NCBI GenBank assembly: GCA_016875395.1
Contig: VGRF01000002.1
Coordinates: forward strand, 207,815-271,814
Direction of reading: 5' to 3'
Source: Deltaproteobacteria bacterium
GTDB taxonomy: Bacteria; Myxococcota_A; UBA9160; UBA6930
DNA length: 64,000 bases
In this document: positions 41,521 through 50,337 of the stretch, piece after piece
How positions within the stretch are numbered: the stretch's first letter is position 1
Layout of the letters: each line of letters begins with the position of its first letter
Translations under genes and position numbers: made by a program
The notes under the pieces: generated by a model
What the model saw: the letters and a program-made list of their open reading frames with translations, nothing else
Database searches by the model: none
What the model was told of the DNA's origin: nothing

Positions 41521-42498
41521 ATGCCGCAGCCCTGCGTCGCCGAGCCGATCACGCAGCCGCGCTCGCCCGACGCCGAGCGCTTCGATCCCGCGGTGTGGAA
41601 GGCGCGCTGGGTGCCCGAGCGCGAGCTCGCGTGGGGCGCGTTTCTGCGCGATGCGCGCGAGCGACTGGGAGCTCGCGCGGCGGACCTCGAGCGCGCGCTG
41701 GAGCACGGCGGGATGCACGTGTCGGGGCGGCCGATCGATCCGAGCGCGCCACCCGGGACGATTCCGGCAGGCTGTTGGGTCGCGATCTACGGCTTCGTGC
41801 GCGAGCCGGAGCCCGTCGCGTTCGACGCGGCGCGCATCCTGCTCGACGCGGACGGCCTCGTCGCCGTCGACAAGCCGCCGTGGCTCTCGATGCAGCGCAC
41901 GCGCGCGAGCTTTCGCGCCTCGCTCGAGGATCAGCTGCAAGCGTTGTTAGGGGATCGCACGCTGTTCGCGGTGCATCGCCTCGACCGCCAGACGAGCGGC
42001 GTCGCCCTGTTCGCGCGCGGGCGCGAGCGCACCGCGGAGCTCGGGCGCGCCTTCCGCGACCGCCGCGTCGAGAAGCGCTACGTGGCGTGCGTATCCCCGC
42101 CGCCGCACGAGGACGAGCTCGCGGTGCGCGGATTCCTCGGTCGCGTGCCCCATCCGTCGCGCTTCAAGTTCGGCCTGTTCGCCGAGCCTGCAGAGGGCCG
42201 GCGCGAGAGCGCGACACACTTTCGTGTCACGCGGCGCTGCGCGCGCGGCGCGCTCGTCACCGCCGCGCCCGAGACCGGGCGCACGCACCAGCTACGCGTG
42301 CACCTCGCCGCGCACGGCTGCCCGATTGCGGGCGATGACCTCTACGGCCTCGCATGGGCGCCCGGCGCATCCCACGCCGCGGCGCGCGTCCTCTTGCACG
42401 CGAAGTCGCTCGCGCTCTCGCTCGCGGGGCGCAGCCTCGTCGTGGACGCGCCGACACCGCCCGACATTCGCGAGTTTGCGCTGGAAGGTGCTGGCTGA
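41521..42498 (+). CDS. RluA family pseudouridine synthase
   Basis: AVHRLDRQTSGVALFA and TGRTHQLRVHLA motifs. ATG at 41521 chosen because earlier ATGs overlap the divergent fur start. Confidence 0.8.
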   Translation: MPQPCVAEPITQPRSPDAERFDPAVWKARWVPERELAWGAFLRDARERLGARAADLERALEHGGMHVSGRPIDPSAPPGTIPAGCWVAIYGFVREPEPVAFDAARILLDADGLVAVDKPPWLSMQRTRASFRASLEDQLQALLGDRTLFAVHRLDRQTSGVALFARGRERTAELGRAFRDRRVEKRYVACVSPPPHEDELAVRGFLGRVPHPSRFKFGLFAEPAEGRRESATHFRVTRRCARGALVTAAPETGRTHQLRVHLAAHGCPIAGDDLYGLAWAPGASHAAARVLLHAKSLALSLAGRSLVVDAPTPPDIREFALEGAG

Positions 42499-42568
42499 GC
42501 GCGGGCCGACTGCCGTGCGCGCGCTCGCGGGTGACGCGCTGCACGCGCTCGCCTAAAAACTCGCGCCC

Positions 42569-43510
42569 ATGAACGACTCGAGCCTCGACTCCGACGAACG
42601 CGCCGCCGCGAGCTACCCCGGCGCGCGCCTGCCCGACCGCCGCCGCACCGTGAAGTCGTTCGGCGTCGACTTGTGCGTCTCCGAGTGGGGCGACGAGCGC
42701 GCGCCCGTGATTTTCTGCTCGCACGGCGGCTTCGACTTCACCGGCACCTTCGACGTGTTCGCACCGCTGCTCGCCGCGGGCGGCTACCGCGTCGTCGTGT
42801 GGGATCAGCGCGGCCACGGCGACTCGGGCCATGCGCCGCTCTACTCGTGGGACGCCGACGTGCGCGATCTGCTCACGGCGCTCGATTCGACGACGCGCGA
42901 GCCCGCGATCTTGTTGGGGCACTCGAAGGGCGGATCGATCTCGACGTACGCGATCCAAGCCGCACCGCACCGCGTGCGCGCCTTCGTGAACATCGACGGC
43001 ATGCCCTCGCACCGGCCGCCGCCCGACGTCGCCGATCACGAGCGCACGAAGCTGCTCGCGACCGAGTTATCAGGCTGGCTCGACCACCGCCGCGCGGCCG
43101 GCGACAAGGTGCGCCGCGCCGACACGCTCGGCGGCCTCGCCGAGCGCCGCGCGCGCCAGAACCCGCGCCTCTCGAAGGCGTGGCTCCGCTACCTCGTGAC
43201 GCGCGGCGCGCGCAAGGACGCCGACGGCTGGCGCTGGAAGATCGATCCCGTGCTGCGCCCCGGCGGCTTCGGGCCGTGGCGCGCGACGTGGTCGATGGCG
43301 CGCCTCGCGAGCCTGCCCGTGCCGCTGCTCGGCCTGCTCGCGACCGAGAGCGAGCCGATGGGCTGGGAGACGCGCGCCAGCGAGGTGAAGCCGTACCTGC
43401 CGCGCCGCGCCGAAGTGGTGGAGATGAAGGGCGTTGGCCACTTCATCCACATCGAGCAACCCGAGCGGACCGCGAAGCTCGTGCTCGACTTCTTGCGGAA
43501 CCTCGCGTGA
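42569..43510 (+). CDS. alpha/beta hydrolase
   Basis: 313 aa; RGHGDS and the GHSKGG elbow. Confidence 0.8.
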   Translation: MNDSSLDSDERAAASYPGARLPDRRRTVKSFGVDLCVSEWGDERAPVIFCSHGGFDFTGTFDVFAPLLAAGGYRVVVWDQRGHGDSGHAPLYSWDADVRDLLTALDSTTREPAILLGHSKGGSISTYAIQAAPHRVRAFVNIDGMPSHRPPPDVADHERTKLLATELSGWLDHRRAAGDKVRRADTLGGLAERRARQNPRLSKAWLRYLVTRGARKDADGWRWKIDPVLRPGGFGPWRATWSMARLASLPVPLLGLLATESEPMGWETRASEVKPYLPRRAEVVEMKGVGHFIHIEQPERTAKLVLDFLRNLA

Positions 43511-44160
43511 AGACGATTCGCCTGAAGCACGCGCGCATCGAGCTCGCGCTGCACGAGCTACGCGCAGGCGACGGACGCGCGCTGTTGCTCCTGCACGGCC
43601 TCGGCGAACGCTCGCCGCGCGAAGTCCCAGCCTACGCCGCAGCCTGGTCTGGTCCCGTGTTCGCGGTCGACTTCACGGGCCACGGCGAGAGCTCGCTCAC
43701 GAGCGGCGGCGGCTACAGCGCCGAAGTGCTGATGGGCGACGCCGACTGCGCGTTGCGCCATCTCGGCCGAGCGACGTTGTTAGGGCGCGGCCTTGGCGCC
43801 TACATCGCGCTGCTGATCGCCGGCGCGCGCCCCACGCTCGTGCGCGGCGCCATCCTGTGCGACGGCCTCGGCCTCGCCGGCGGCGGCGCCGAAGCCGCCA
43901 CGCCGAGCCTCGTCTACCCGAACCCGCACGCCGTCGCGTCGCCCGACCCGTTCGCGCTGGTCGAGCTCGCCCGCGACGTGCGCCCGCCGGATTACGCCAC
44001 TGCCTTCTGGCGCCAAGCGAACGAGTTATCAGGGCTCGAGCGCCCCATCGCGGTGTGCTGCGCCGAGCGTCCGGATTGGCTCGAAGCGGTGCTGAAGGAA
44101 TCCGAGCTGCGCGTGACGACGGTCGAGGATGCGGTCGCGGAGTACGCGCGGGTGGCCTGA
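43507..44160 (+). CDS. alpha/beta-hydrolase-like protein lacking the nucleophile serine
   Basis: GTG at 43507 in a GTGA overlap. LLLHGLGE and FTGHGES are present, but the elbow reads GRGLGA (Gly where Ser is expected). Confidence 0.6.
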   Translation: MKTIRLKHARIELALHELRAGDGRALLLLHGLGERSPREVPAYAAAWSGPVFAVDFTGHGESSLTSGGGYSAEVLMGDADCALRHLGRATLLGRGLGAYIALLIAGARPTLVRGAILCDGLGLAGGGAEAATPSLVYPNPHAVASPDPFALVELARDVRPPDYATAFWRQANELSGLERPIAVCCAERPDWLEAVLKESELRVTTVEDAVAEYARVA

Positions 44161-44263
44161 AACGGCGCGTCGACGCACTCGCGAGCCGCGGCGTCGAGCT
44201 GAAGTGGTTCACGCACGCGGAAGAGAGACGCGCCCCGAGTGGTCGCCGCTCGGTCGAGGACGC

Positions 44264-45631
44264 TCAGCGGCGTTCGTCGCGAGTCTCTCGTGAGTCCTCC
44301 GCAATCGCCCTCATCTCCCGATGCAGCGCCTCGCGCTCGGCTTTGAGCTTCGCCGCCTCCGCAGGGCGCAGCTTCACCGTCGCCCACGCGCGCGCGTGCT
44401 CCCAGAAATGTTCGTAGCGTTCGTGGAAGAGCATCGCGAACCACGCGGCGAGCGGGCCTAACAAGAACGTCGCGACGCCCGCGGCCCAGCCCCACATGCC
44501 GCCGGCGACGAACGCCCACACGAGCCAGGTGATCGGGTAGAGGAAGAACCCGCCGAGCAGCTTGACCGTGGCGGGCAGGTTCTCGCCGGGCGTGAGGCGC
44601 GCGCCGGCCCAGATGATGCGGTACGGGATCCAGTTCATCGCGCTGCCCAATGCCGCGATCGGGAGCCAGAAGAAGAGCAACGTCGCGCTGCCGATCGCGT
44701 ACGCGATCACCTCCTCGCGCGGATACTTCGCAGCGACATGCTCGTCGCGCAGGCGCTGCTCGGCGAGGCGGTGCTGGTAGTTCTCGACGCGCGCGGTGAG
44801 CGCGGCGACGCGATGCGGGTAGCGCTGCTTCGCGCGCTCGTAGAGGCGCAGCGCCGTGCTGCGCAGCTGGAACGCCTCCTCGAGCGCCATGCGCGCGGGC
44901 AGGTCGCGCTCGCGCTCGGCCCAGAGCGCAGACGCCTGATCGATCACCGGCACGTCCTCGTGCTTCGGGTAGTTGAGCGTCACCGCCTCCAGCGCGGAAC
45001 GCACGGCAGCTGTCAGGTCGCGCACGGCGCCGGCTTCGTCGCTCGCAGCGCTCGCGATGAACGGCGCAGGATCGAGCGGCGCGCCGATCGTCACGAGCGA
45101 GCGCGAGCGGAACTTTCCCTTCTGCTCGAAGGTGAGTCCCACGGGCACGATCTGCGTGCCGCGCACGCCGAGCTCACTGGCGGCGCCGAGCACGATGCGC
45201 GCGGCGCCAGTCTTGAGCCGCGCGAGATGCGGCGCGTCGTGGCTGATGCCTTCGGGAAAGAGCGCGATCGCACCGCCCTCGGCCAGCACGCTCCAGCACG
45301 CGCGGAATGTCTCGTCGTTCTTCGACATGTCCGAGCCGTCCTGCGCCCGGTACACCGGGATCACCTTCGCGAGCTTCAGCAAGAGGCGCGTGAACGGCAC
45401 CTGCCAAAGCGTCGCCTTCGCGAGAAAGCGCGCGTGCACGCCCGTCGTCCCCAACACCAAGATCGGATCGACTAGGCTGTTGTGGTGATTCGAGACGAGC
45501 ACGAGCGGCACGCCGCGCGGAATGCGCTCCTCGCCCGTGACTTCGATGCTGCGGAAGAACGTGAAGCAGGCCGCCTTCGCGAGCCCTTCCACGAACGTGC
45601 CCGCGCCTCGCTTGTCGCTCGTTTCGCTCAC
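44264..45631 (-). CDS. lysophospholipid/glycerol-phosphate acyltransferase family protein with C-terminal membrane domain
   Basis: GTG at 45631. NHHNSLVD (HxxxxD) and FPEGISH motifs. C-terminal hydrophobic helices. Confidence 0.75.
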   Translation of the reverse strand: MSETSDKRGAGTFVEGLAKAACFTFFRSIEVTGEERIPRGVPLVLVSNHHNSLVDPILVLGTTGVHARFLAKATLWQVPFTRLLLKLAKVIPVYRAQDGSDMSKNDETFRACWSVLAEGGAIALFPEGISHDAPHLARLKTGAARIVLGAASELGVRGTQIVPVGLTFEQKGKFRSRSLVTIGAPLDPAPFIASAASDEAGAVRDLTAAVRSALEAVTLNYPKHEDVPVIDQASALWAERERDLPARMALEEAFQLRSTALRLYERAKQRYPHRVAALTARVENYQHRLAEQRLRDEHVAAKYPREEVIAYAIGSATLLFFWLPIAALGSAMNWIPYRIIWAGARLTPGENLPATVKLLGGFFLYPITWLVWAFVAGGMWGWAAGVATFLLGPLAAWFAMLFHERYEHFWEHARAWATVKLRPAEAAKLKAEREALHREMRAIAEDSRETRDERR

Positions 45632-45734
45632 GACGCCCCCGCCTGCGAGCACTCTACTCGCCGCATCGGGCGGGCGATGAAGGAGCGTGAGTCCGGGTCT
45701 CGTAGACGGATAATCTGCGCGCGAGAGGCGATCC

Positions 45735-47303
45735 ATGAAGCTGTTCGACGACGGCCAGCGGCGCATCGCGGAGGCGCTCTCGAAGCTCACGCACGCGAAC
45801 CCGTTTCTTCCGGAGCGCATCGAGCACGAGCGCGAGGTGCTCGGGGGCGCGTTCGTGCCGGGCCGCGTGGTGTGGAACGTCGACGCCGACCTCGACGGCA
45901 TGAACCCGAACCTCGCGCGCCTCGAGACCACCGCGCGCGAGCTGCTCGCGACCGCGCGCGAGCGCATCCTCGGCGGGCGCAAGCCGAGCGCCGAGGAAGC
46001 CGCGCTCTACGAGGACGTCGTGCTCTATTGCGTCTACGCGCGCTACGAGCGCGAGTGGCGCGCGACGCTCGATCGCGATGCGGAGCGGCCGCGCCCCGTG
46101 GCGGCGTGGGAGGCGTTCGCCGAAGACGTCCAGCGCGACCTCGCGCTGCCCGGTTTCCCGAAGCCCGACGCCGCATTCCTGTTCGCGTACGGCTACCAGA
46201 CGCGCCGCGCCTTCCACTTCGTCTTCCGCCATCTGTACGGCGCCTCGCTGCCCGCGGCGCAGCTGCGTGCGGCGGCGTGGCAGTCGATCTTCTCGCGCGA
46301 TCGCCGCCGCTATCGCCGCGCGCTCGTCGCGCACATGCACGACGTTCCGACGCTCATCACCGGCCCGAGCGGCACCGGCAAAGAGCTCGTCGCGCGCGCG
46401 ATCGGCTGCTCGCAGTTCATCCCCTTCGACGCCGAGGCGAAGGCGTTCGCGCATGCGCCCGAAAAGCGCTTCTTCGCGCTGAACCTCTCGGCGCTCACGC
46501 CCACGCTGATCGAGTCCGAGCTGTTCGGGCACCGCCGCGGCGCGTTCACCGGCGCGGTCGACGATCGCGAGGGCTGGCTCGAAGCCTGCGGCCGCGGCGG
46601 CGCGGTGTTCCTCGACGAGATCGGCGAAGTCTCGCCCGAGATCCAGGTGAAGTTGTTACGGGTGCTGCAGACGCGCAGCTTCGAGCGCCTCGGTGAAACG
46701 CGCGCACGCCGCTTCGACGGCAAGATCGTGGCCGCGACGAATCGCGACATCGCGGCCGAGATGCAGGCCGGCCGCTTCCGCGAAGACTTCTACTACCGCC
46801 TGTGCGCCGACCTCGTGCGCACGCCGAGCCTTCGCGAGCAGCTCGACGACCACCCCGACGACCTGCGCAGCTTCGTCGTGGTGATCGCGCGCCGCCTGTT
46901 CGGCGAAAGCGAAGGCGACGCCGTGGCGCGCGAGGTGCACACGTGGATCGACGCGAACCTGCCGCGCGACTACGCGTGGCCCGGCAACGTGCGCGAGCTC
47001 GAGCAGTGCGTGCGCAACGTCGTGATTCGCGGCGGCTACGCGCCCGCGCTGCCGGCCGCGCGCGCCGCCGGCGTGCCCGCGAGCGGGCCGGTCGCCGAGC
47101 TCGCGGCCGAGCTCGCGCGCGGCAGCACCTCTGCCGACGCGCTGCTCTCGCGCTACGCGACGCTCGTCTACTGGCAAGCCGGCTCGTACGAGGAGACGGC
47201 GCGGCGGATCGGGCTCGATCGCCGAACCGTCAGGGCGCGCATCGATCAGGAGTTCTTGGCGCGGCTGAAGGGATCGGATCAGGGCGAGAAGAGCGAAAGC
47301 TGA
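45735..47303 (+). CDS. sigma-54-dependent transcriptional activator (AAA+ bEBP) without receiver domain
   Basis: Walker A GPSGTGKE, GAFTGA loop, VFLDEIGE, and a C-terminal Fis-type HTH (YEETARRIGLDRRTV). Confidence 0.85.
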   Translation: MKLFDDGQRRIAEALSKLTHANPFLPERIEHEREVLGGAFVPGRVVWNVDADLDGMNPNLARLETTARELLATARERILGGRKPSAEEAALYEDVVLYCVYARYEREWRATLDRDAERPRPVAAWEAFAEDVQRDLALPGFPKPDAAFLFAYGYQTRRAFHFVFRHLYGASLPAAQLRAAAWQSIFSRDRRRYRRALVAHMHDVPTLITGPSGTGKELVARAIGCSQFIPFDAEAKAFAHAPEKRFFALNLSALTPTLIESELFGHRRGAFTGAVDDREGWLEACGRGGAVFLDEIGEVSPEIQVKLLRVLQTRSFERLGETRARRFDGKIVAATNRDIAAEMQAGRFREDFYYRLCADLVRTPSLREQLDDHPDDLRSFVVVIARRLFGESEGDAVAREVHTWIDANLPRDYAWPGNVRELEQCVRNVVIRGGYAPALPAARAAGVPASGPVAELAAELARGSTSADALLSRYATLVYWQAGSYEETARRIGLDRRTVRARIDQEFLARLKGSDQGEKSES

Positions 47304-49345
47304 TCCGCGATCCCCGGTCTCCGGAACGCCGCGGTGGAGAGCTCCGGCCCGCGGCGCGCGAGTCCCGCGCGCTTCAGGCCCAGCGCGAACAGTGCCTCGA
47401 TCTGCGCCGCGAACTCGCCGGCGCCGCGCTGGCGGTGCGCGTAGCGCGAGTCGTAGAGCGCCCCGCCGTGCAGCGAGCGCAGGCGATTCAGCACCTTCTC
47501 GCGGCGCTCGGGGACGTGCTGCGCGAGCCAGTCCGCGAACAGCTCCTTCACGCCGTGCGGCAGGCGCAGCACGACGAAGCCCGCATTCTTCGCGCCCGCG
47601 TTCGCGGCGGCCTGTAGAATCGCAGGCAGCTCGTGATCTGTTAGGCCCGGAATCATCGGCGCCGCCATCACGCCCACGGGTACGCCTGCCTTCGCGAGAG
47701 CCTCGATCGCGGCGAGCCGCTTCGACGGCGGCGACGCGAGCGGTTCCATCTTGCGCTGAAGCTCGGGATCGAGCGTCGTGACCGAGATCATCACCGAAGC
47801 AGCATTGACGCTCGCGAGCTCCGCGAGCACGTCGGCGTCCCGCGTCACGAGGAAACCCTTCGTCACGATGCCGACGGGGTTCTTGAACTCGGCCAGCACC
47901 TCGAGGCAGCCGCGCGTGATGCGCAGGCGTCGCTCCGCGGGCTGATACGGATCCGTCACGCCCGAGAGCGCCACGACCTGCGGCTTCCACGCCGGGGACA
48001 TCAGCTGCTTCCGCAACAACTCGGCGGCGCGCGGCTTCACGAGGATCTTGGTCGAGAAGTCGAGGCCCGCGGAGTAGCCGAGGTATTCGTGCGTGGGGCG
48101 CGCGTAGCAGTTGTGAGTGGCGAGGCCGTTCGCGTAGAAGGTTCGCGTAGAGGTCTGGATGTCGACGACGTCGCGAATCGGCCCTGGCTCGATCGCGGCG
48201 ATCGTCGCGGCGCTTGTTACGGGATCGAGCTCGAAGCAGGCATTGATCTTGCGCTGGATCGCGGGGCGCACGGCAGCGAAGAAGCGCATGCGCTCGCTGA
48301 CCGTGCCCACGAGCCTGGCCGAGCTCGCGTGGTTCTCGCGGGGTTCGAGCTTGAACTTGAAGCCGAGGCTCGCCGCGTAGCGGATCACTCGCTCGAGAAC
48401 GGCCTGATCCAGCTGTGATACGCGAAGCGTCCCGCTGTTGTGCCCCTCTGCGTCGAAGAAGCCCGCGAGCCAGCCTCGACGGAAAGACTCGCTGTCGAGC
48501 TCCGTGCGAATCACCTTCGACACGATCTCGAGCTTCGAAAGCGAGCGAGTCTCGACCTTGAAGAGCGGCTGTCGCGCGGACTTCCCGCCGTCGAAGGGGC
48601 GCAAGAACAGCTCTACGCCGAGGGGGCGCATGAACTCGATGCAGCGTTCGAGAGGCGCGCGATCGATCATTGCGACGCGCCAGTACGCGGCAGGGAAGCC
48701 GAGCTTGTCGCTCCGCCAGCCCGGCTCGTAGCGGAAGGTCCCGTCACCGAGCGACAGGCCCGCGACGTAACCGACTCGGTAGTCCGCATCGAGCGCAACG
48801 CGGGTTGGATTCATTAGGTGGCGGAGCCGCCTTCCGACCTGAAGCTGGGTCGTTCGCGACCAGCGAAACATCCACCACTGCAGCCAGCGGTGCTCAGCTG
48901 TCGTGACGACCTCCGCACGATCAGTCACCACGCGGATCGTCGACTGCCGCGACCACCACACATGCTCCACGACACTATTCCTGAGCTTGCGCGTGTGATG
49001 ACCGTCGGCTGGGAACTCGTCGAGGCCGACGATCTCGTCGCCCGGCTTCAATTCTCCGATCGGGCTCGATGTCATGTCCGCACGGAGAACGGATGTCTCC
49101 GGCTCCAGGCAGTAGCTGCACGCGTGTTGGCAACCCCGATACGGGTTCACGCTGGCGCCGAAGTTCAGGTCGGGGCTGTCGTTGGTGGCGACGATCGTGC
49201 GCGATGGATCCACGAGCAGCTCGGTGCGCGGATCCTCGGGCGGGTCGTCGGGGCTCGGCCCGAAGCCGAGCTCGGGCATGTCGGCGACGTGGACGCGCTC
49301 GAAGCGGTTGGGCGGGTTGGCGAGGGCGCCGGGCGGGGAGGGCAT
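47279..49345 (-). CDS. radical SAM protein (SplB/PA0069-like) interrupted by an intein
   Basis: 688-aa ORF. The exteins ..NPYRGCQHACSY and CYARPTHEYLGY.. together restore the CxxxCxxC motif. Confidence 0.85.
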   Translation of the reverse strand: MPSPPGALANPPNRFERVHVADMPELGFGPSPDDPPEDPRTELLVDPSRTIVATNDSPDLNFGASVNPYRGCQHACSYCLEPETSVLRADMTSSPIGELKPGDEIVGLDEFPADGHHTRKLRNSVVEHVWWSRQSTIRVVTDRAEVVTTAEHRWLQWWMFRWSRTTQLQVGRRLRHLMNPTRVALDADYRVGYVAGLSLGDGTFRYEPGWRSDKLGFPAAYWRVAMIDRAPLERCIEFMRPLGVELFLRPFDGGKSARQPLFKVETRSLSKLEIVSKVIRTELDSESFRRGWLAGFFDAEGHNSGTLRVSQLDQAVLERVIRYAASLGFKFKLEPRENHASSARLVGTVSERMRFFAAVRPAIQRKINACFELDPVTSAATIAAIEPGPIRDVVDIQTSTRTFYANGLATHNCYARPTHEYLGYSAGLDFSTKILVKPRAAELLRKQLMSPAWKPQVVALSGVTDPYQPAERRLRITRGCLEVLAEFKNPVGIVTKGFLVTRDADVLAELASVNAASVMISVTTLDPELQRKMEPLASPPSKRLAAIEALAKAGVPVGVMAAPMIPGLTDHELPAILQAAANAGAKNAGFVVLRLPHGVKELFADWLAQHVPERREKVLNRLRSLHGGALYDSRYAHRQRGAGEFAAQIEALFALGLKRAGLARRGPELSTAAFRRPGIADQLSLFSP
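48110..49111 (-). mobile_element. 334-aa intein with LAGLIDADG homing endonuclease domain
   Basis: Starts CLEPETSVL (block A), has TTAEHRW (block B), carries YVAGLSLGDGTF and WLAGFFDAEGH (LAGLIDADG motifs), and ends FYANGLATHN followed by Cys+1. Visibly lower GC and rare codons. Confidence 0.8.
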
Positions 49346-49415
49346 GAGGCGAATCTACGACGAATCTGTCTAGGCGATCAAGCGCGAAGTCGAAGCCGCG
49401 TGCGCGGGGTGGCGC

Positions 49416-50322
49416 CTAGTCCGCCCACTCCGGCAGGCCACTCGCGCGCAGCGCCTCCAGATCGTGCGAGACCACCACCGTGAAGTCGTCCTCGGCGTCG
49501 AGCGCGGCGAGGTAGCGCCGCAGCTGCTCGGTGCGGCGCGTGTCTTCCGGCACGAGCAGGCCGCTGTAGAGGAAGCCCTTGCCGCGATTGGCGAGCAGCG
49601 CCTCGCGCGTGTTGGTGATGTCGCCGGACAGGATCCAGACGTGGTTGCCCACGGCGAACGCGAACATCGTCGAGCACGCCGTGTGCCCGCCGAGCGGAAT
49701 CAGCGCCGTGCCCGGGAACGCGGCGAGCGTGAGCAGGCCCTCGTCTCCCGCGCTCGTCGCTTCGAAGCACGAGCTTTCGACTAGCGCAGCGCCTTCCGCG
49801 GTGTTCGGGTCGCGCAGCGTCGCCTGCGGACTCCCCCTGATACACGCGCGCGCCGGGCGCCGGCCCGGCCGCGCACAGCGCCTCGATGCCCTGCGTGTGA
49901 TCGATGTGCAGATGCGTGAAGCCGAGGCCGCGCACGCGCGCGACCGCGCTGCCGATCTGCTCGGACACCGTGCCGTGCGGCGTCACCTGCCCGCCGCCCG
50001 AGAGCGTGCCTAACAACTCGCCGAACTCGACGGCGGCTGCGGCATCCATGCCCGCGTCGACCTCGAACAGCGAGCCATCGGGCCACTCGGCGAGAAACAC
50101 CGAGTGCGCGATGACGCCGCGCGCGAGCGGCTGCGAGGAGGTGTTGATCCAGCGCAGCGAGCGCGGACCGCCGGGAGCGCTCGTCAGCGAGCGCAGCTCC
50201 TCCGCGCTGGGAAGCCGCGGCGCGACCCGGCGGATCTGCAGGTGAGCGGGAACGATGCGCAGAGCGAGCGCGGCGAGTGCGAGCAAGGGCAGGGCGGCGG
50301 CGATGCGAAGTGCCCAGCGCAT
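49416..50322 (-). pseudogene. MBL-fold metallo-hydrolase broken by a 1-nt frameshift in a C5/G5 run
   Basis: The N-terminal ORF (THLHIDHTQG motif) turns to noise after ..GARVYQG. The C-terminal part (SPQATLRDPNTAEG...MFAFAVGNHVWILSGD...) continues in the +1 frame. Junction at the homopolymer 49833-49837. Confidence 0.65.
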
Positions 50323-50337
50323 GGCGAGAGCTGCTCC

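Noticed and set aside
43064-44033. TTATCAGG as DnaA boxes or an origin of replication
   Set aside because: Poor match to the TTATCCACA consensus. The copies are dispersed inside genes rather than clustered. No dnaA or dnaN genes or AT-rich unwinding element are nearby.
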